From positions 1-61,441 of the forward strand of contig CALXVX010000022.1 of assembly GCA_944392215.1 (NCBI GenBank): a stretch of DNA of 61,441 bases, in the 5' to 3' direction. A program made the translations under genes and the position numbers. Source of the DNA: an uncultured Alphaproteobacteria bacterium. GTDB taxonomy: Bacteria > Pseudomonadota > Alphaproteobacteria > RF32 > CAG-239. The notes beneath the pieces were generated by a model that was not told the DNA's origin, did no database searches, and was given only the letters and a program-made list of their open reading frames with translations. This document shows positions 18,692-27,816 of this stretch, in pieces. Numbering within the stretch: position 1 is the first letter of the stretch; each line of letters opens with the position of its first letter.

Positions 18692-19130
18692 TTCTTTGTT
18701 GTCCAAAGCTCAAAACACAAAACATTTTATCAGTTTTTCACCTATGGGGTCAGATTCCATAGAGCAAACAAACCAAGAGCTCATAAGCTCCGGCAACCCG
18801 CCTCTCCCATCGGATTTTTGCGATTTTTTGAGCTTGTGCGACGGAATTTACTATGATGGATTAGAGCTTTTTGGCACCAAAGAACACCCCCGCCCAACCA
18901 AAGAATATATTTTTACCAATATAACAAAAGCTAACAAGCCTTTTTCGGAATATAGCTTCTTCTCACAGAAACTCATCATTGGAAGCATGTCTGAAAACTT
19001 TATTATATACGATTCCAAAAACAAGTTGTTTGCCATCACAGACAGAATAAACCTATGCTCCCAAATAGAATTTTCTTCTTTTGAGGAGTTGTTATCTTAC
19101 CTTCTGCGCCATTGTGAAATAGGGCTTTAA
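18684..19130 (+). CDS. SMI1/KNR4 (SUKH)-family immunity-like protein
   Basis: [27 protein letters not shown] is the typical SUKH core. The ATG overlaps the upstream stop (ATGATTAA). Confidence 0.65.
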   Translation: MINSLLSKAQNTKHFISFSPMGSDSIEQTNQELISSGNPPLPSDFCDFLSLCDGIYYDGLELFGTKEHPRPTKEYIFTNITKANKPFSEYSFFSQKLIIGSMSENFIIYDSKNKLFAITDRINLCSQIEFSSFEELLSYLLRHCEIGL

Positions 19131-19309
19131 TCAGAAGACGAATCCTCTTGATCTTCAAGTTGTTTCAAATCTTCTTCATCAATTTCCGTTGCCTCAAAAC
19201 GGTATTTTTCATTAAACCAATTACCAAGATCTATATCGGCACACCTTTTGCTACAAAACGGACGATATTTCATGTCTGTCACTTCTTTTCTACAAATCGG
19301 GCATTTCAT
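19127..19309 (-). CDS. yacG: DNA gyrase inhibitor YacG (zinc finger)
   Basis: MKCPICRK....[16 protein letters not shown]. 60 aa. Confidence 0.85.
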   Translation of the reverse strand: MKCPICRKEVTDMKYRPFCSKRCADIDLGNWFNEKYRFEATEIDEEDLKQLEDQEDSSSD

Positions 19310-20463
19310 TTTTCAACTCTTCCACACCCTTTACAAGTTGGGCATTCCACACTCAAAACATCAAGCAGCGACGGCCGTCTTCTGGCCCGAGAAACCTCAA
19401 CCAACCCGGCACGGCTTAGCCCATAAACAAACACCCTTGTTGTGTCGTGATGTAAGTTTTCTTCCAAAACATCAATTGCGTTTTTAAGATATTTATATTC
19501 AGAAAATCCTGCAAAATCGACAACAATCTTGCCCGACAAATTACGAAGAATAATCTGTCTGGCAATTTCTTCTGCTGCCTCAATATTTAAGCGACCAAGG
19601 CTTCCCTGCCCGTCATCTTCACCACTGTCAACATCTATTGCCACGCAAGCTCTGGTTTCTTCAATTGTAATTCTACCGCCGCTTTTAAGCTTTATTTCTT
19701 TTTGCAAAGCCTCTAAAATTGCATCCTCCAAGCCATATTCTTCAAAAGGATTGACGCTGTATTTAACCTCAAAATCCTCCCCCAGAATTTTCTCAAGGTT
19801 ATGATCATTTACCACAATGGTTTTAAGGGTTTCAACGTGATGATTAATTGTTTCCATCAAAATATTATTGCGTTCCAACAACAAAGTTGGCGCTTTTGAT
19901 GTCTTTGCTTTCTGGCGAACGGCATCAAACTTATTGCGTAAAACTTCCATTTCTTCGACAATACTATCCTGTTCCGCATAAACGGCCGATGTCCTGACAA
20001 TCCATCCCTCCTGACCAGTTGTATTGTCTTGCACTGTCTTTTTCAGTTCTTCAGCCTTCAGTTTATCACTAATCTTAGAAGAAACCTCAACATTCATTCG
20101 ATAAGGACAGTAGACCAAATTATGTCCGACAAATTGCAAAGAGCGCACCAATCTTGCGCCTTTTTCGGCTCTTTGTTCTTGAGCTACCTGCACCACAACC
20201 TCTTGCCCTTCGTTTGCATTCAAGTCATCTCTACCGTATTCTTCTGCATTAATAAAAGCTTCTCTCGTATCTCCAATATTTACGAAATAGCCTGTTTTAC
20301 CATTTGCAAGCTCTATTTTTTTAGTAATTCTGCCCAAATAGATGTTTCCCTCCAACGCCTTACTAAGATCAACAATTTCAAGCTTTTGCAAATTACCGTC
20401 AGCCAACCCGGCCACCCGAACAAAATTATTTTTGTTTTCATAAACCAGAGTATCTATCATCAT
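19306..20463 (-). CDS. RNase E/G-family ribonuclease (short form)
   Basis: S1-like N-terminus ([12 protein letters not shown]), DVDSG metal site, and conserved maf-rng-yacG alphaproteobacterial context. Confidence 0.8.
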   Translation of the reverse strand: MMIDTLVYENKNNFVRVAGLADGNLQKLEIVDLSKALEGNIYLGRITKKIELANGKTGYFVNIGDTREAFINAEEYGRDDLNANEGQEVVVQVAQEQRAEKGARLVRSLQFVGHNLVYCPYRMNVEVSSKISDKLKAEELKKTVQDNTTGQEGWIVRTSAVYAEQDSIVEEMEVLRNKFDAVRQKAKTSKAPTLLLERNNILMETINHHVETLKTIVVNDHNLEKILGEDFEVKYSVNPFEEYGLEDAILEALQKEIKLKSGGRITIEETRACVAIDVDSGEDDGQGSLGRLNIEAAEEIARQIILRNLSGKIVVDFAGFSEYKYLKNAIDVLEENLHHDTTRVFVYGLSRAGLVEVSRARRRPSLLDVLSVECPTCKGCGRVEK

Positions 20464-20478
20464 ATGTTTTCTCCCAAA

Positions 20479-21048
20479 CTATTTTATACCTGCACCCAAA
20501 AGCAAGTTGCGGGTTTCAAACAAAGGCAGCCCAACAACGCCCGAATAAGAACCTATCATTTTGCGCACCAACGCGGCCAATTTACCCTCTATCTTATAGC
20601 CCGCAGCACCAACCCATTCTTTACTTTTCACATAGTCCTCAATTTCCTGCTCAGACATTTTTTTCATTAATATCCTAGTAGAATTAAGCCGTACAGAAGC
20701 TTTTCCATGAGAACTAATAACACAAACAGCACTCAAAACTTTATGAGCTTTTCCGGAAATAAGCCGCATAACCCTCGTTTGTTCCTCATCACTATGGGCC
20801 TTTTGAATGATTTGAGACCCTGCAACGATAATGGTATCACAAGCCAAAACTACTTTTCCGGGATACTTTTTTGCAACATTTTGAGCTTTTTCCAAAGCCA
20901 TTCTCTTAACATAAGCCGTTGGCTTTTCATTTTTTTTAGGAGTTTCATCAATATCTGCCGGCTCAATCAAAGAAGGCACCATATCTATTTGTTCAAGCAA
21001 CAGCTTCCGTTGCGGCGAACCGGAAGCCAAAATAAAATTCTTAGCCAT
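20479..21048 (-). CDS. maf: Maf-like nucleoside triphosphate pyrophosphatase
   Basis: ILASGSPQRKLLLEQ, DE.P, ACDTIV and GAAGYKIEG motifs. Confidence 0.88.
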   Translation of the reverse strand: MAKNFILASGSPQRKLLLEQIDMVPSLIEPADIDETPKKNEKPTAYVKRMALEKAQNVAKKYPGKVVLACDTIIVAGSQIIQKAHSDEEQTRVMRLISGKAHKVLSAVCVISSHGKASVRLNSTRILMKKMSEQEIEDYVKSKEWVGAAGYKIEGKLAALVRKMIGSYSGVVGLPLFETRNLLLGAGIK

Positions 21049-21072
21049 TCACTAACCTCAATTTTGGAATCT

Positions 21073-21108
21073 TAAAAAGCAAAAAAGCGCTTAAAAGACA
21101 AGCGCTTT
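21073..21108 (-). terminator. intrinsic terminator after dksA
   Basis: On the minus strand: AAAGCGCTT-gtctttt-AAGCGCTTT followed by a T-run. Confidence 0.7.
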
Positions 21109-21113
21109 AATGT

Positions 21114-21542
21114 TTATTTTACATCATCATCGTAGGTTTTTTCCATGCGCTCATGGCGTTCCTGAGCTTCAACCGACAAAGTTGCCACCGGACGAACTTC
21201 CAAACGCTCGATTCCGATAGGATCTCCGGTTTCTTCGCAATAGCCATATACACCATCTTCGATTCTTTTTAAGGCTTCATCAATTTTAGAGATAAGCTTA
21301 CGAGCCCTATCACGAGTACGGAGTTCCAAAGCCTTATCAGCTTCCAGAGAGGCACGATCAATCTGATCAGGCTGATTAAGCCCACCCTCTCTCAGATCAT
21401 TAAGGGTATCGGTAGCCTGCCCTATCAACGATTTTTTCCAATTAAGGAGCTTCTGACGGAAATACTCCAACTGCATTTCATTCATATACTCTTCATCGGC
21501 AGAGGGTTTATAATCCGGGGGAAGAATGACTGTGTTTTCCAT
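21114..21542 (-). CDS. dksA: RNA polymerase-binding transcription factor DksA
   Basis: Coiled-coil with a DxxDxA tip (DQIDRASLEAD) and C-terminal YGYCEETGDPIGIERLEVRPVATL. This is a Cys-poor finger variant. Confidence 0.88.
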   Translation of the reverse strand: MENTVILPPDYKPSADEEYMNEMQLEYFRQKLLNWKKSLIGQATDTLNDLREGGLNQPDQIDRASLEADKALELRTRDRARKLISKIDEALKRIEDGVYGYCEETGDPIGIERLEVRPVATLSVEAQERHERMEKTYDDDVK

Positions 21543-21654
21543 AAATTTAACTCCTTAACATCAGAACATTTTTTAATTGTGATACATATAGCAGGTAAAA
21601 TATAAAATTCCATAAAAAAAGCAAGTAAAATTCACGTTTTATCACCTATTAGAA

Positions 21655-22104
21655 CTAAGATGTGAGTTTGGCTAGTTCCACCTCCACTCTAAGTTCTATT
21701 TCTGCCATAATTTCTTGCAGTTTTGGGTCGCTCGATTCTGCCTGATGTTCCTTAACCATTCTGGCTGTTTCGATCAAATTATCCTTAGACATATATCCAA
21801 GCAGCAAAGCATCTCTGATTTCTTCAAGTTTTTCCAAAAGAGAATAGCCTCTTTTGATGAGTTTTTTTCTGATTTCCCTTTCTTCTTCGCTACCCACCAT
21901 CTGAGTGGCAAATATGGCATCTGTCACTGATATACCTGATGTTGCACCGACTTGCTGAGATTTTTTACTCATAGTTTCATTAAGATAAGTCGAAAAACTC
22001 TCCCCACCGGACGTTTTTTTTATATTTTTTCCGGCATTAATATCATTAGTCTTGCCAATATCATTGACTTTTATCATGCCACACTCCTCTATTGAAAAGT
22101 CCAA
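21655..22104 (-). CDS. fliX: class II flagellar assembly regulator FliX-like protein
   Basis: C-terminal ...DPKLQEIMAEIELRVEVELAKL and the central LLEKLEEIRDALLLG match my recollection of FliX. The position next to dksA also fits, as in Caulobacter. Confidence 0.6.
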   Translation of the reverse strand: MDFSIEECGMIKVNDIGKTNDINAGKNIKKTSGGESFSTYLNETMSKKSQQVGATSGISVTDAIFATQMVGSEEEREIRKKLIKRGYSLLEKLEEIRDALLLGYMSKDNLIETARMVKEHQAESSDPKLQEIMAEIELRVEVELAKLTS

Positions 22105-22664
22105 ACAATAGTATTATCCCCATCGTCTTTACAACTATCCGCCGCTTTTTCAAGAGTGATGGGCAAAGCATCTTCATCTCCAAATTTTACACCATCAATA
22201 GGCAACTTAAATAGCTTATTATTTATTTTTATTTGAAAAAGATCTGTCCCCTGAGTATTGCTCCAAGTCAATTGGCTCAAATTCATACAAGCGCGCAAAG
22301 AAAGCTGTTTGAACGTTATATCAAAAAATTCATCACCTAAAGAAGATGTCTTAATTTCAACTTCCCCATTAAGTCTATGAACAATTTTTCCATTTACCAA
22401 CATTTGAGAAGGAATGAGCAGGTCTTCTTTAAATTTAGCTGGTGTCATCTTAGAAGAAGATAGTTCAGAAAAATCTCCTTCCAGTCTATATCTGGTTACA
22501 ATATTTTTTTGAATTTCCTGCACTTCTTGGGATACCATATTAAGTCGAAATACCTCAAACATATTTCCGACCAAACCGATAATGGAGATTGTTAAAACCG
22601 TCACAACAGATATAGCGGCGATAGCCTCTACCATTGTTACACCCTTTTGATTTGAATTTATCAT
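22089..22664 (-). CDS. type IV prepilin-like protein
   Basis: The class III signal MINSNQKG|VTMVEAIAAISVV has Glu at +5 after the Gly. A hydrophobic alpha-1 helix follows, and there are two C-terminal Cys residues. It overlaps the fliX start by 16 nt. Confidence 0.65.
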   Translation of the reverse strand: MINSNQKGVTMVEAIAAISVVTVLTISIIGLVGNMFEVFRLNMVSQEVQEIQKNIVTRYRLEGDFSELSSSKMTPAKFKEDLLIPSQMLVNGKIVHRLNGEVEIKTSSLGDEFFDITFKQLSLRACMNLSQLTWSNTQGTDLFQIKINNKLFKLPIDGVKFGDEDALPITLEKAADSCKDDGDNTIVWTFQ

Positions 22665-22838
22665 ATAATCTCCTTACATTCGTTAGTAATAACGATAACA
22701 CCAAAAGTTTCAGTAAACAATAATTTTGTAATATTAATTTACTTTCTTTTTTAAAAAAATAGGTTATAGTAGTTGCTGTCATAGATACTTGAAAGCAAGT
22801 ATCTGGAAACAGTTAAACTTTATAAAGGAATTTCTAAT

Positions 22839-23375
22839 ATGAAGAATACTATTGCTTTGATGGCCGCTGCTTCAGCATTTGCTTTTGCTGCCAATGCCAG
22901 CGCCTTGGAATACACCCCTTATGTAGCCGCTGATTATACCTATACAGACGTCCAAAATGCTGCCGAAGTACATGGTGGTAAGGTTTCTGTTGGTACCGAC
23001 TATAACAAATATTTCGGTACAGAAGTTTTCTATCAACGCACTGGTTCTGACCGCGTTCACGCAGCAGATGGCACCAACGAATATTCTCTCCAAAGCTATG
23101 GCTTGGATGTAAATGGCTATCTGCCTTTGGGTTGTGACCAAACCTTTGCTTTGGTTGGAACAGCCGGTATTGCTAATATTGACCTTAAATACACCAACCC
23201 CGGCGAGACCCGCAAAACAGAGAATGGTTTAGGTTATCGTTTGGGTGCCGGTTTTGAATATGACCTCACCAGCAACGTAGCTGTTAGAGCAATGTATCGT
23301 TATACATTCACTGACAAACTTGGTGATTTAGACCACATGAACGAATACTCTTTGGGTGTTAAATACTCTTTCTAA
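22839..23375 (+). CDS. small outer-membrane beta-barrel protein (OmpA-like/8-strand family)
   Basis: Signal peptide ending ANASA, alternating aromatic beta-strand pattern, and C-terminal ...GVKYSF. Confidence 0.7.
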   Translation: MKNTIALMAAASAFAFAANASALEYTPYVAADYTYTDVQNAAEVHGGKVSVGTDYNKYFGTEVFYQRTGSDRVHAADGTNEYSLQSYGLDVNGYLPLGCDQTFALVGTAGIANIDLKYTNPGETRKTENGLGYRLGAGFEYDLTSNVAVRAMYRYTFTDKLGDLDHMNEYSLGVKYSF

Positions 23376-23391
23376 CAAAAAGTATTTGTTT

Positions 23392-23432
23392 ACAAGAAAA
23401 AAGGAAGGAAATTATCCTTCCTTTTTTCTTGT
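23392..23432 (+). terminator. intrinsic terminator
   Basis: Near-perfect 18-bp inverted repeat acaagaaaaaaggaagga/tccttccttttttcttgt. Confidence 0.75.
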
Positions 23433-23503
23433 AAAAAGATGTGGAAAAAAAATTCAAACCATTTATATTATATTTAGAAATATAAATAAAAAGGTATCTC
23501 AAA

Positions 23504-23983
23504 ATGAAAAAATTTTTATATGTTTTCCTTCTGCTGCTAAGCTTGAGCGCCTGCTCCAAAACGGATGAGCAAAATCAAAGCGCCCCTGCCAAACCGGAAG
23601 CTTCAGCTGGGATAGACAGCGAAACGGTATTTTCTTTTGACATAAATACATTAAAGCCCGGTTGTGATAATGAAAGCCAGATTGTTTGTGCTATAAATGC
23701 CAGCATTAAATGTACCATCAATCCATCTTTTGCCGAATGTGCAGAAATGAAAGCCTATATGCCAAATTTCATATTTATGGACGATGAAAGCCTGCAGCGC
23801 CCCACATCCCAGTCATATAAGATAACCAAAATAAAACCTCTCCCTGATGGAACTGTGGAGGTTTACACCCAAAGCACCTGCAATGGTAACTGGTTTGGTC
23901 TGTGCAACGGCAACATTATCTATGTAATGGATTATCAAAACAATCGTTGGGTTGTAAAAGATTTATATGCCGTAGAAATCTAA
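23504..23983 (+). CDS. lipoprotein, unknown function
   Basis: Signal peptide with lipobox LSLSAC. The mature part is Cys-rich. Confidence 0.55.
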   Translation: MKKFLYVFLLLLSLSACSKTDEQNQSAPAKPEASAGIDSETVFSFDINTLKPGCDNESQIVCAINASIKCTINPSFAECAEMKAYMPNFIFMDDESLQRPTSQSYKITKIKPLPDGTVEVYTQSTCNGNWFGLCNGNIIYVMDYQNNRWVVKDLYAVEI

Positions 23984-24441
23984 TTTTCAGCTATAGATTT
24001 ATCAAGAATCCTCATAAAAGCTCGGCTTACCTGAGTTTCAGGGCCGAGCTCTTTCTCTTGTGCTTCAAACAGCTCATTTGAATTCATTTGATCAAGATCT
24101 GCTTTGAGAGAAGAATTAACGGGGATTTCCCCACTACGATTGATATAGCTGATATCGCGATTATAATCATCAAATTTTTTTTGATAATCGGGAACAGTAA
24201 TTTCTGTTTTTTTTCCTATAAATTCCGATTTATCAACAGTAGCAACCATATTTTCCAACTTAGCATTAAATAACTCTTCTTTGGACAAAGGCGGTAACTT
24301 TTCAGGTTGATTAAATTGGACCTCCTTAGGCATAAAAAAATCAGGTTGAAGCTGTTTTCTGATATATCGACCATAAGCTGTGACACTCACCCCGAAAGAA
24401 ACTATCAATAAAATGGCCCAAAGTGTAAATTTTTTATGCAT
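23980..24441 (-). CDS. membrane-anchored hypothetical protein
   Basis: The start is chosen at MHKKFTLWAILLIV because GGAG sits 8 nt upstream. The ORF track start at 24462 has no RBS. Confidence 0.45.
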   Translation of the reverse strand: MHKKFTLWAILLIVSFGVSVTAYGRYIRKQLQPDFFMPKEVQFNQPEKLPPLSKEELFNAKLENMVATVDKSEFIGKKTEITVPDYQKKFDDYNRDISYINRSGEIPVNSSLKADLDQMNSNELFEAQEKELGPETQVSRAFMRILDKSIAEN

Positions 24442-24493
24442 AAAATAAACTCCATCAACCATAATTTAACCAATCAATTCTATAGTAGAATAC

Positions 24494-25147
24494 ATGAAAA
24501 AGATTTTTTTTATATTAATATTCCTGATTTTTCCGACTTTGGCTTTCGGAGCCTGTCCAAAAATCACTTCTGCTCCAAAAATAGAGTTATACACTTCCTA
24601 CGGAAAATTAAGATATGATTTCAGCCAAAACAACAAAGAAATAACAAAATTGGCAGAAAGACAAGGAATTATAGAAAAAGGCCTTTTTGCCTCTGGACTT
24701 TCCACAATCAATGTAAACATGGACATTACCCTAAAAACCGTAGGCGATATAATAGGCAAATATGACTTTTGTGTTTATCCCACAGCCATAAAACTTTCTG
24801 TTTATTTCAGCGATCCCACTATTTATATATCAAAACAACTTATTCCCAACAGTTGCGAATACAATGTTGTCTTGAGGCATGAACAAACCCACCAACAAAT
24901 AAATAAAGCAGCCTTGGACTATTTTCTTCCTTTGTTTGATGAAGCAGCAAAAAAAATTGCACTCTCTATAAAACCGATAAATGTCAAATCTCTCTCAGAG
25001 ATAGACAAGGCATCTGCAGAGTTAACGGAAGAATACAATAAAAAATTCTCACCTTTGCTTGAATTTTTCAAACAAGAATTACTAAAAGAGCAATTAAAAT
25101 TAGATAATCAAGCCAACTATCAGCATGAAAATATTTTATGCAGATAG
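24494..25147 (+). CDS. secreted DUF922-like putative zinc peptidase
   Basis: Signal peptide and an HExxH motif (LRHEQTHQQI). The family assignment is from memory only. Confidence 0.45.
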   Translation: MKKIFFILIFLIFPTLAFGACPKITSAPKIELYTSYGKLRYDFSQNNKEITKLAERQGIIEKGLFASGLSTINVNMDITLKTVGDIIGKYDFCVYPTAIKLSVYFSDPTIYISKQLIPNSCEYNVVLRHEQTHQQINKAALDYFLPLFDEAAKKIALSIKPINVKSLSEIDKASAELTEEYNKKFSPLLEFFKQELLKEQLKLDNQANYQHENILCR

Positions 25148-25816
25148 CTTTTTGGCATCTTTCAAAACAAAATCCAAAAAGCTCATTAAGCCTTTATAGG
25201 CATAATCAATGTAAGTTTTATCTTTGGCAGAATTATTATGATAATAGATTCTAACCGTCGTCATACCGGCTTCTTTAGCGTACTCAAGGTTAGAATAACT
25301 ATCATCAACAAATACGCAATCCCGAGGCTTAACACCAATCTTCTGGCAATAGCGAATATAAACATCGGCGCTTTCGTTTTTCTTATAAACACCAAAGTCC
25401 TCAACGGAATAATAGCGGTCTTTAAAAAATTCCCACAAACCCAAATGTTTGAGAATTTTCTCAGAAGCATATCTGTCGCTGGCAGTAAACACATATTGCT
25501 CAGCGGGAATTTTTTTCAATTTTTCCAAAAGATTTTTATAGGGAACTATTTTTTCAACAGGTTTACGCCTATGATAAGCAATAAACAAGTCTCTGGGATT
25601 AATACCATAGTCTCTAAAGAAGATTTCACCACCATCACGATAAATTTTAAAGGATTCCGTTACTAATTTTTTAGTGGTATCAAAATCAAGCTTAAGCCCC
25701 AAATCTTCTATCAAAGCCTGGGCCATTGTAGTATCCAATAAATCGGCAAATTCTTCGGTTTTATTATAAAGCGTGTCATCTAAATCATAAATAATGACAT
25801 TTTTACCAAAGACCAC
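25136..25816 (-). CDS. HAD-superfamily hydrolase (pyrimidine 5'-nucleotidase-like)
   Basis: Motif I IIYDLDDTLY and a C-terminal FVDDS motif. Confidence 0.75.
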   Translation of the reverse strand: MVFGKNVIIYDLDDTLYNKTEEFADLLDTTMAQALIEDLGLKLDFDTTKKLVTESFKIYRDGGEIFFRDYGINPRDLFIAYHRRKPVEKIVPYKNLLEKLKKIPAEQYVFTASDRYASEKILKHLGLWEFFKDRYYSVEDFGVYKKNESADVYIRYCQKIGVKPRDCVFVDDSYSNLEYAKEAGMTTVRIYYHNNSAKDKTYIDYAYKGLMSFLDFVLKDAKKLSA

Positions 25817-25951
25817 GACAAACTCCTTTTATTCAATGTATCACAACCTTGGTAATATTACCCAAATAGATAAATTCGTCAACAAAATACTTGAATAGAC
25901 GATATTCCTAAATATATCAAAAAAGTCCCAACAACCAACAGAGAGGAAGAA

Positions 25952-26242
25952 ATGATAAAGAATATTTTCACATTAGCACTGGCAACAATATTTTTGGGCT
26001 GTTTTAACGCCGCTGCACAAGATCAAACCCAAGCTGAAATCGGCAATCCCGGCTCCGCTAATATGATGATGGTAGAAGAAGGATATGTTGTGCAAACTGC
26101 CGCACCGCAAGAAAATTCGGGCAATCAAACGTCCCCCAACATGCCAGACGATTCGGCAACTGTTATGGAACAAATTACCGACACAGAAACTCCCGATAGT
26201 CTGGATATAGAAGAAGATGAAACAGTTATTCAGAACGACTAA
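25952..26242 (+). CDS. small secreted acidic protein
   Basis: Signal peptide (ends AAAQ) and a D/E/T-rich mature part. Coding status is uncertain. Confidence 0.4.
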   Translation: MIKNIFTLALATIFLGCFNAAAQDQTQAEIGNPGSANMMMVEEGYVVQTAAPQENSGNQTSPNMPDDSATVMEQITDTETPDSLDIEEDETVIQND

Positions 26243-26264
26243 AAACTGAGTAATAAAGAGGTTG

Positions 26265-26951
26265 TCAGCTATTCCAGACGGCCTCTTTTATTTTACTTTG
26301 CAAAAAAGCGTTATGAGCATTTATTTCATCTTCACTCAAAGCAAAATTTCTGGCCGGCCGCAAAGTTTTTTGTTGTTGAGTTGTCTCCACGCTTTTTTCA
26401 ACTTTTGTTTTTTTAGAATCAAGCAACAAGCTTGGTTCTTTTCCTCCCAAAAGCTCCAAATAAACTTCCGAAAGCAGTTGAGCATCAAGTAGTGCTCCGT
26501 GAAAAGTACGGCTGCTGTTATCAACCTCAAACCTTTTACACAAGGCATCCAAACTGCACCTAGCACCTGGAAACAGCAGTCTGGCAATTTCCAAGGTATC
26601 AACCACCCTGCTCCATTCAAATTCCGGCTTTCCTATTTGTTTTAGCTCATAATTCACAAAATTAATATCAAAAGAGGCATTATGAGCAACTAAAGTAGCG
26701 TCACCGACAAAATCTAGCCAATCATCGGCAATTTTTTCAAAAGTAGGAAAATCTTTCAAAAAATCATAAGTTAATCCGTGAACTTTAACAACTTCTTCAG
26801 GCACATCTCTTTCCGGATTAATATATTGATGAAAAGTTACGCCGGTCGGCATATGATTAATAAGCTCAACCGCGCCAATTTCAACCAATCTGTCGCCTTT
26901 TGCATAATCAAAACCCGTTGTTTCGGTATCAAACACAATTTCTCTTGTCAT
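26265..26951 (-). CDS. dnaQ: DNA polymerase III epsilon subunit (3'-5' exonuclease)
   Basis: Exo motifs VFDTETTG, LVAHNASFD and HGALLDAQLLSEVY. Confidence 0.9.
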   Translation of the reverse strand: MTREIVFDTETTGFDYAKGDRLVEIGAVELINHMPTGVTFHQYINPERDVPEEVVKVHGLTYDFLKDFPTFEKIADDWLDFVGDATLVAHNASFDINFVNYELKQIGKPEFEWSRVVDTLEIARLLFPGARCSLDALCKRFEVDNSSRTFHGALLDAQLLSEVYLELLGGKEPSLLLDSKKTKVEKSVETTQQQKTLRPARNFALSEDEINAHNAFLQSKIKEAVWNS

Positions 26952-27544
26952 AAATTAGCTTCCAATCCTCTAATAATGTTAATAAGCTCAACCTTGAGCA
27001 AATTTTTAGGCCTATCGGTATTAATCACCACATCAGCCAACATTTTTTTATGTTCATTACTCATTTGCACGTTATTTATCTTGTCAAAATCCTCGGCAGA
27101 AATATTATCTCTTTTCATGACACGTTGTTTTTGGATATTATAATCAACATCTGCCACCAAAATCAAATCGCAATATTTATCCCACCCCATTTCAAACAAC
27201 AAAGCCACATCAACAAAAAATATATCCGAATAACAGGCGTTTTCTCTGATAACTTTTTTTAAATTTTCACGCAAAAAAGGATGAATAAGGCTTTCCAAGA
27301 GTTTGAGTTTACCTTTATCATTAAAGACTAAGTTGCGCAAAGCTCTTTTATCAGCCACTCCATTATGAACAGTTCCGGGAAAATGTTTTTCCAGTGTTTT
27401 TAAAAAATCCCGGGAAAAGTAGAGCCTCCTCACCCAACCGTCAATATCAAAAACGGTATACCCCAAAGAATTGGCAATTTTAGCCAAAGTAGTTTTTCCG
27501 CACCCGATAGAACCGGTAATAGCCACAAGCAACATAAAAAACAT
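26948..27544 (-). CDS. coaE: dephospho-CoA kinase
   Basis: P-loop ITGSIGCGKTT. 4-nt overlap with dnaQ. The start may be a few codons downstream. Confidence 0.88.
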   Translation of the reverse strand: MFFMLLVAITGSIGCGKTTLAKIANSLGYTVFDIDGWVRRLYFSRDFLKTLEKHFPGTVHNGVADKRALRNLVFNDKGKLKLLESLIHPFLRENLKKVIRENACYSDIFFVDVALLFEMGWDKYCDLILVADVDYNIQKQRVMKRDNISAEDFDKINNVQMSNEHKKMLADVVINTDRPKNLLKVELINIIRGLEANL

Positions 27545-27693
27545 CCTTTTATCAGAAGGTTAAATAAGTTATAAACAGAAGCATCTTTTTCTGTGCATAA
27601 CTCACCCCTACCCTACCTTTTATAACTTTTTATCACCGTAAAGTAAAATTTAATCTCACAACTTACACACAGGCTTAAATTTGATTCACAATA

Positions 27694-27702
27694 TGTGGAT
27701 AA
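27694..27702 (-). promoter_or_regulatory. perfect DnaA box (TTATCCACA on minus strand)
   Basis: The + strand reads TGTGGATAA. The nearby TGATTCACA (27682-27690), 3 nt upstream, is in the opposite orientation. Confidence 0.6.
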
Positions 27703-27768
27703 CAAAACTTACTAACAACCAACAAAAAATAAGCTTCACAACATTAGTCAATTGAAAAGACTAAGATA

Positions 27769-27783
27769 TTAATAAATTATTAA
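27769..27783. promoter_or_regulatory. CtrA-type box TTAA-N7-TTAA
   Basis: TTAA taaatta TTAA. Confidence 0.4.
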
Positions 27784-27801
27784 CAAATTTCCTCAAATTT
27801 A

Positions 27802-27816
27802 TTAACAAAGAGTTAA
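27802..27816. promoter_or_regulatory. CtrA-type box TTAA-N7-TTAA
   Basis: TTAA caaagag TTAA. Confidence 0.4.

Noticed and set aside
20029-20670. 213-aa + strand ORF
   Set aside because: It is antisense to rng and maf, which have strong family motifs, and it has no motif or RBS.
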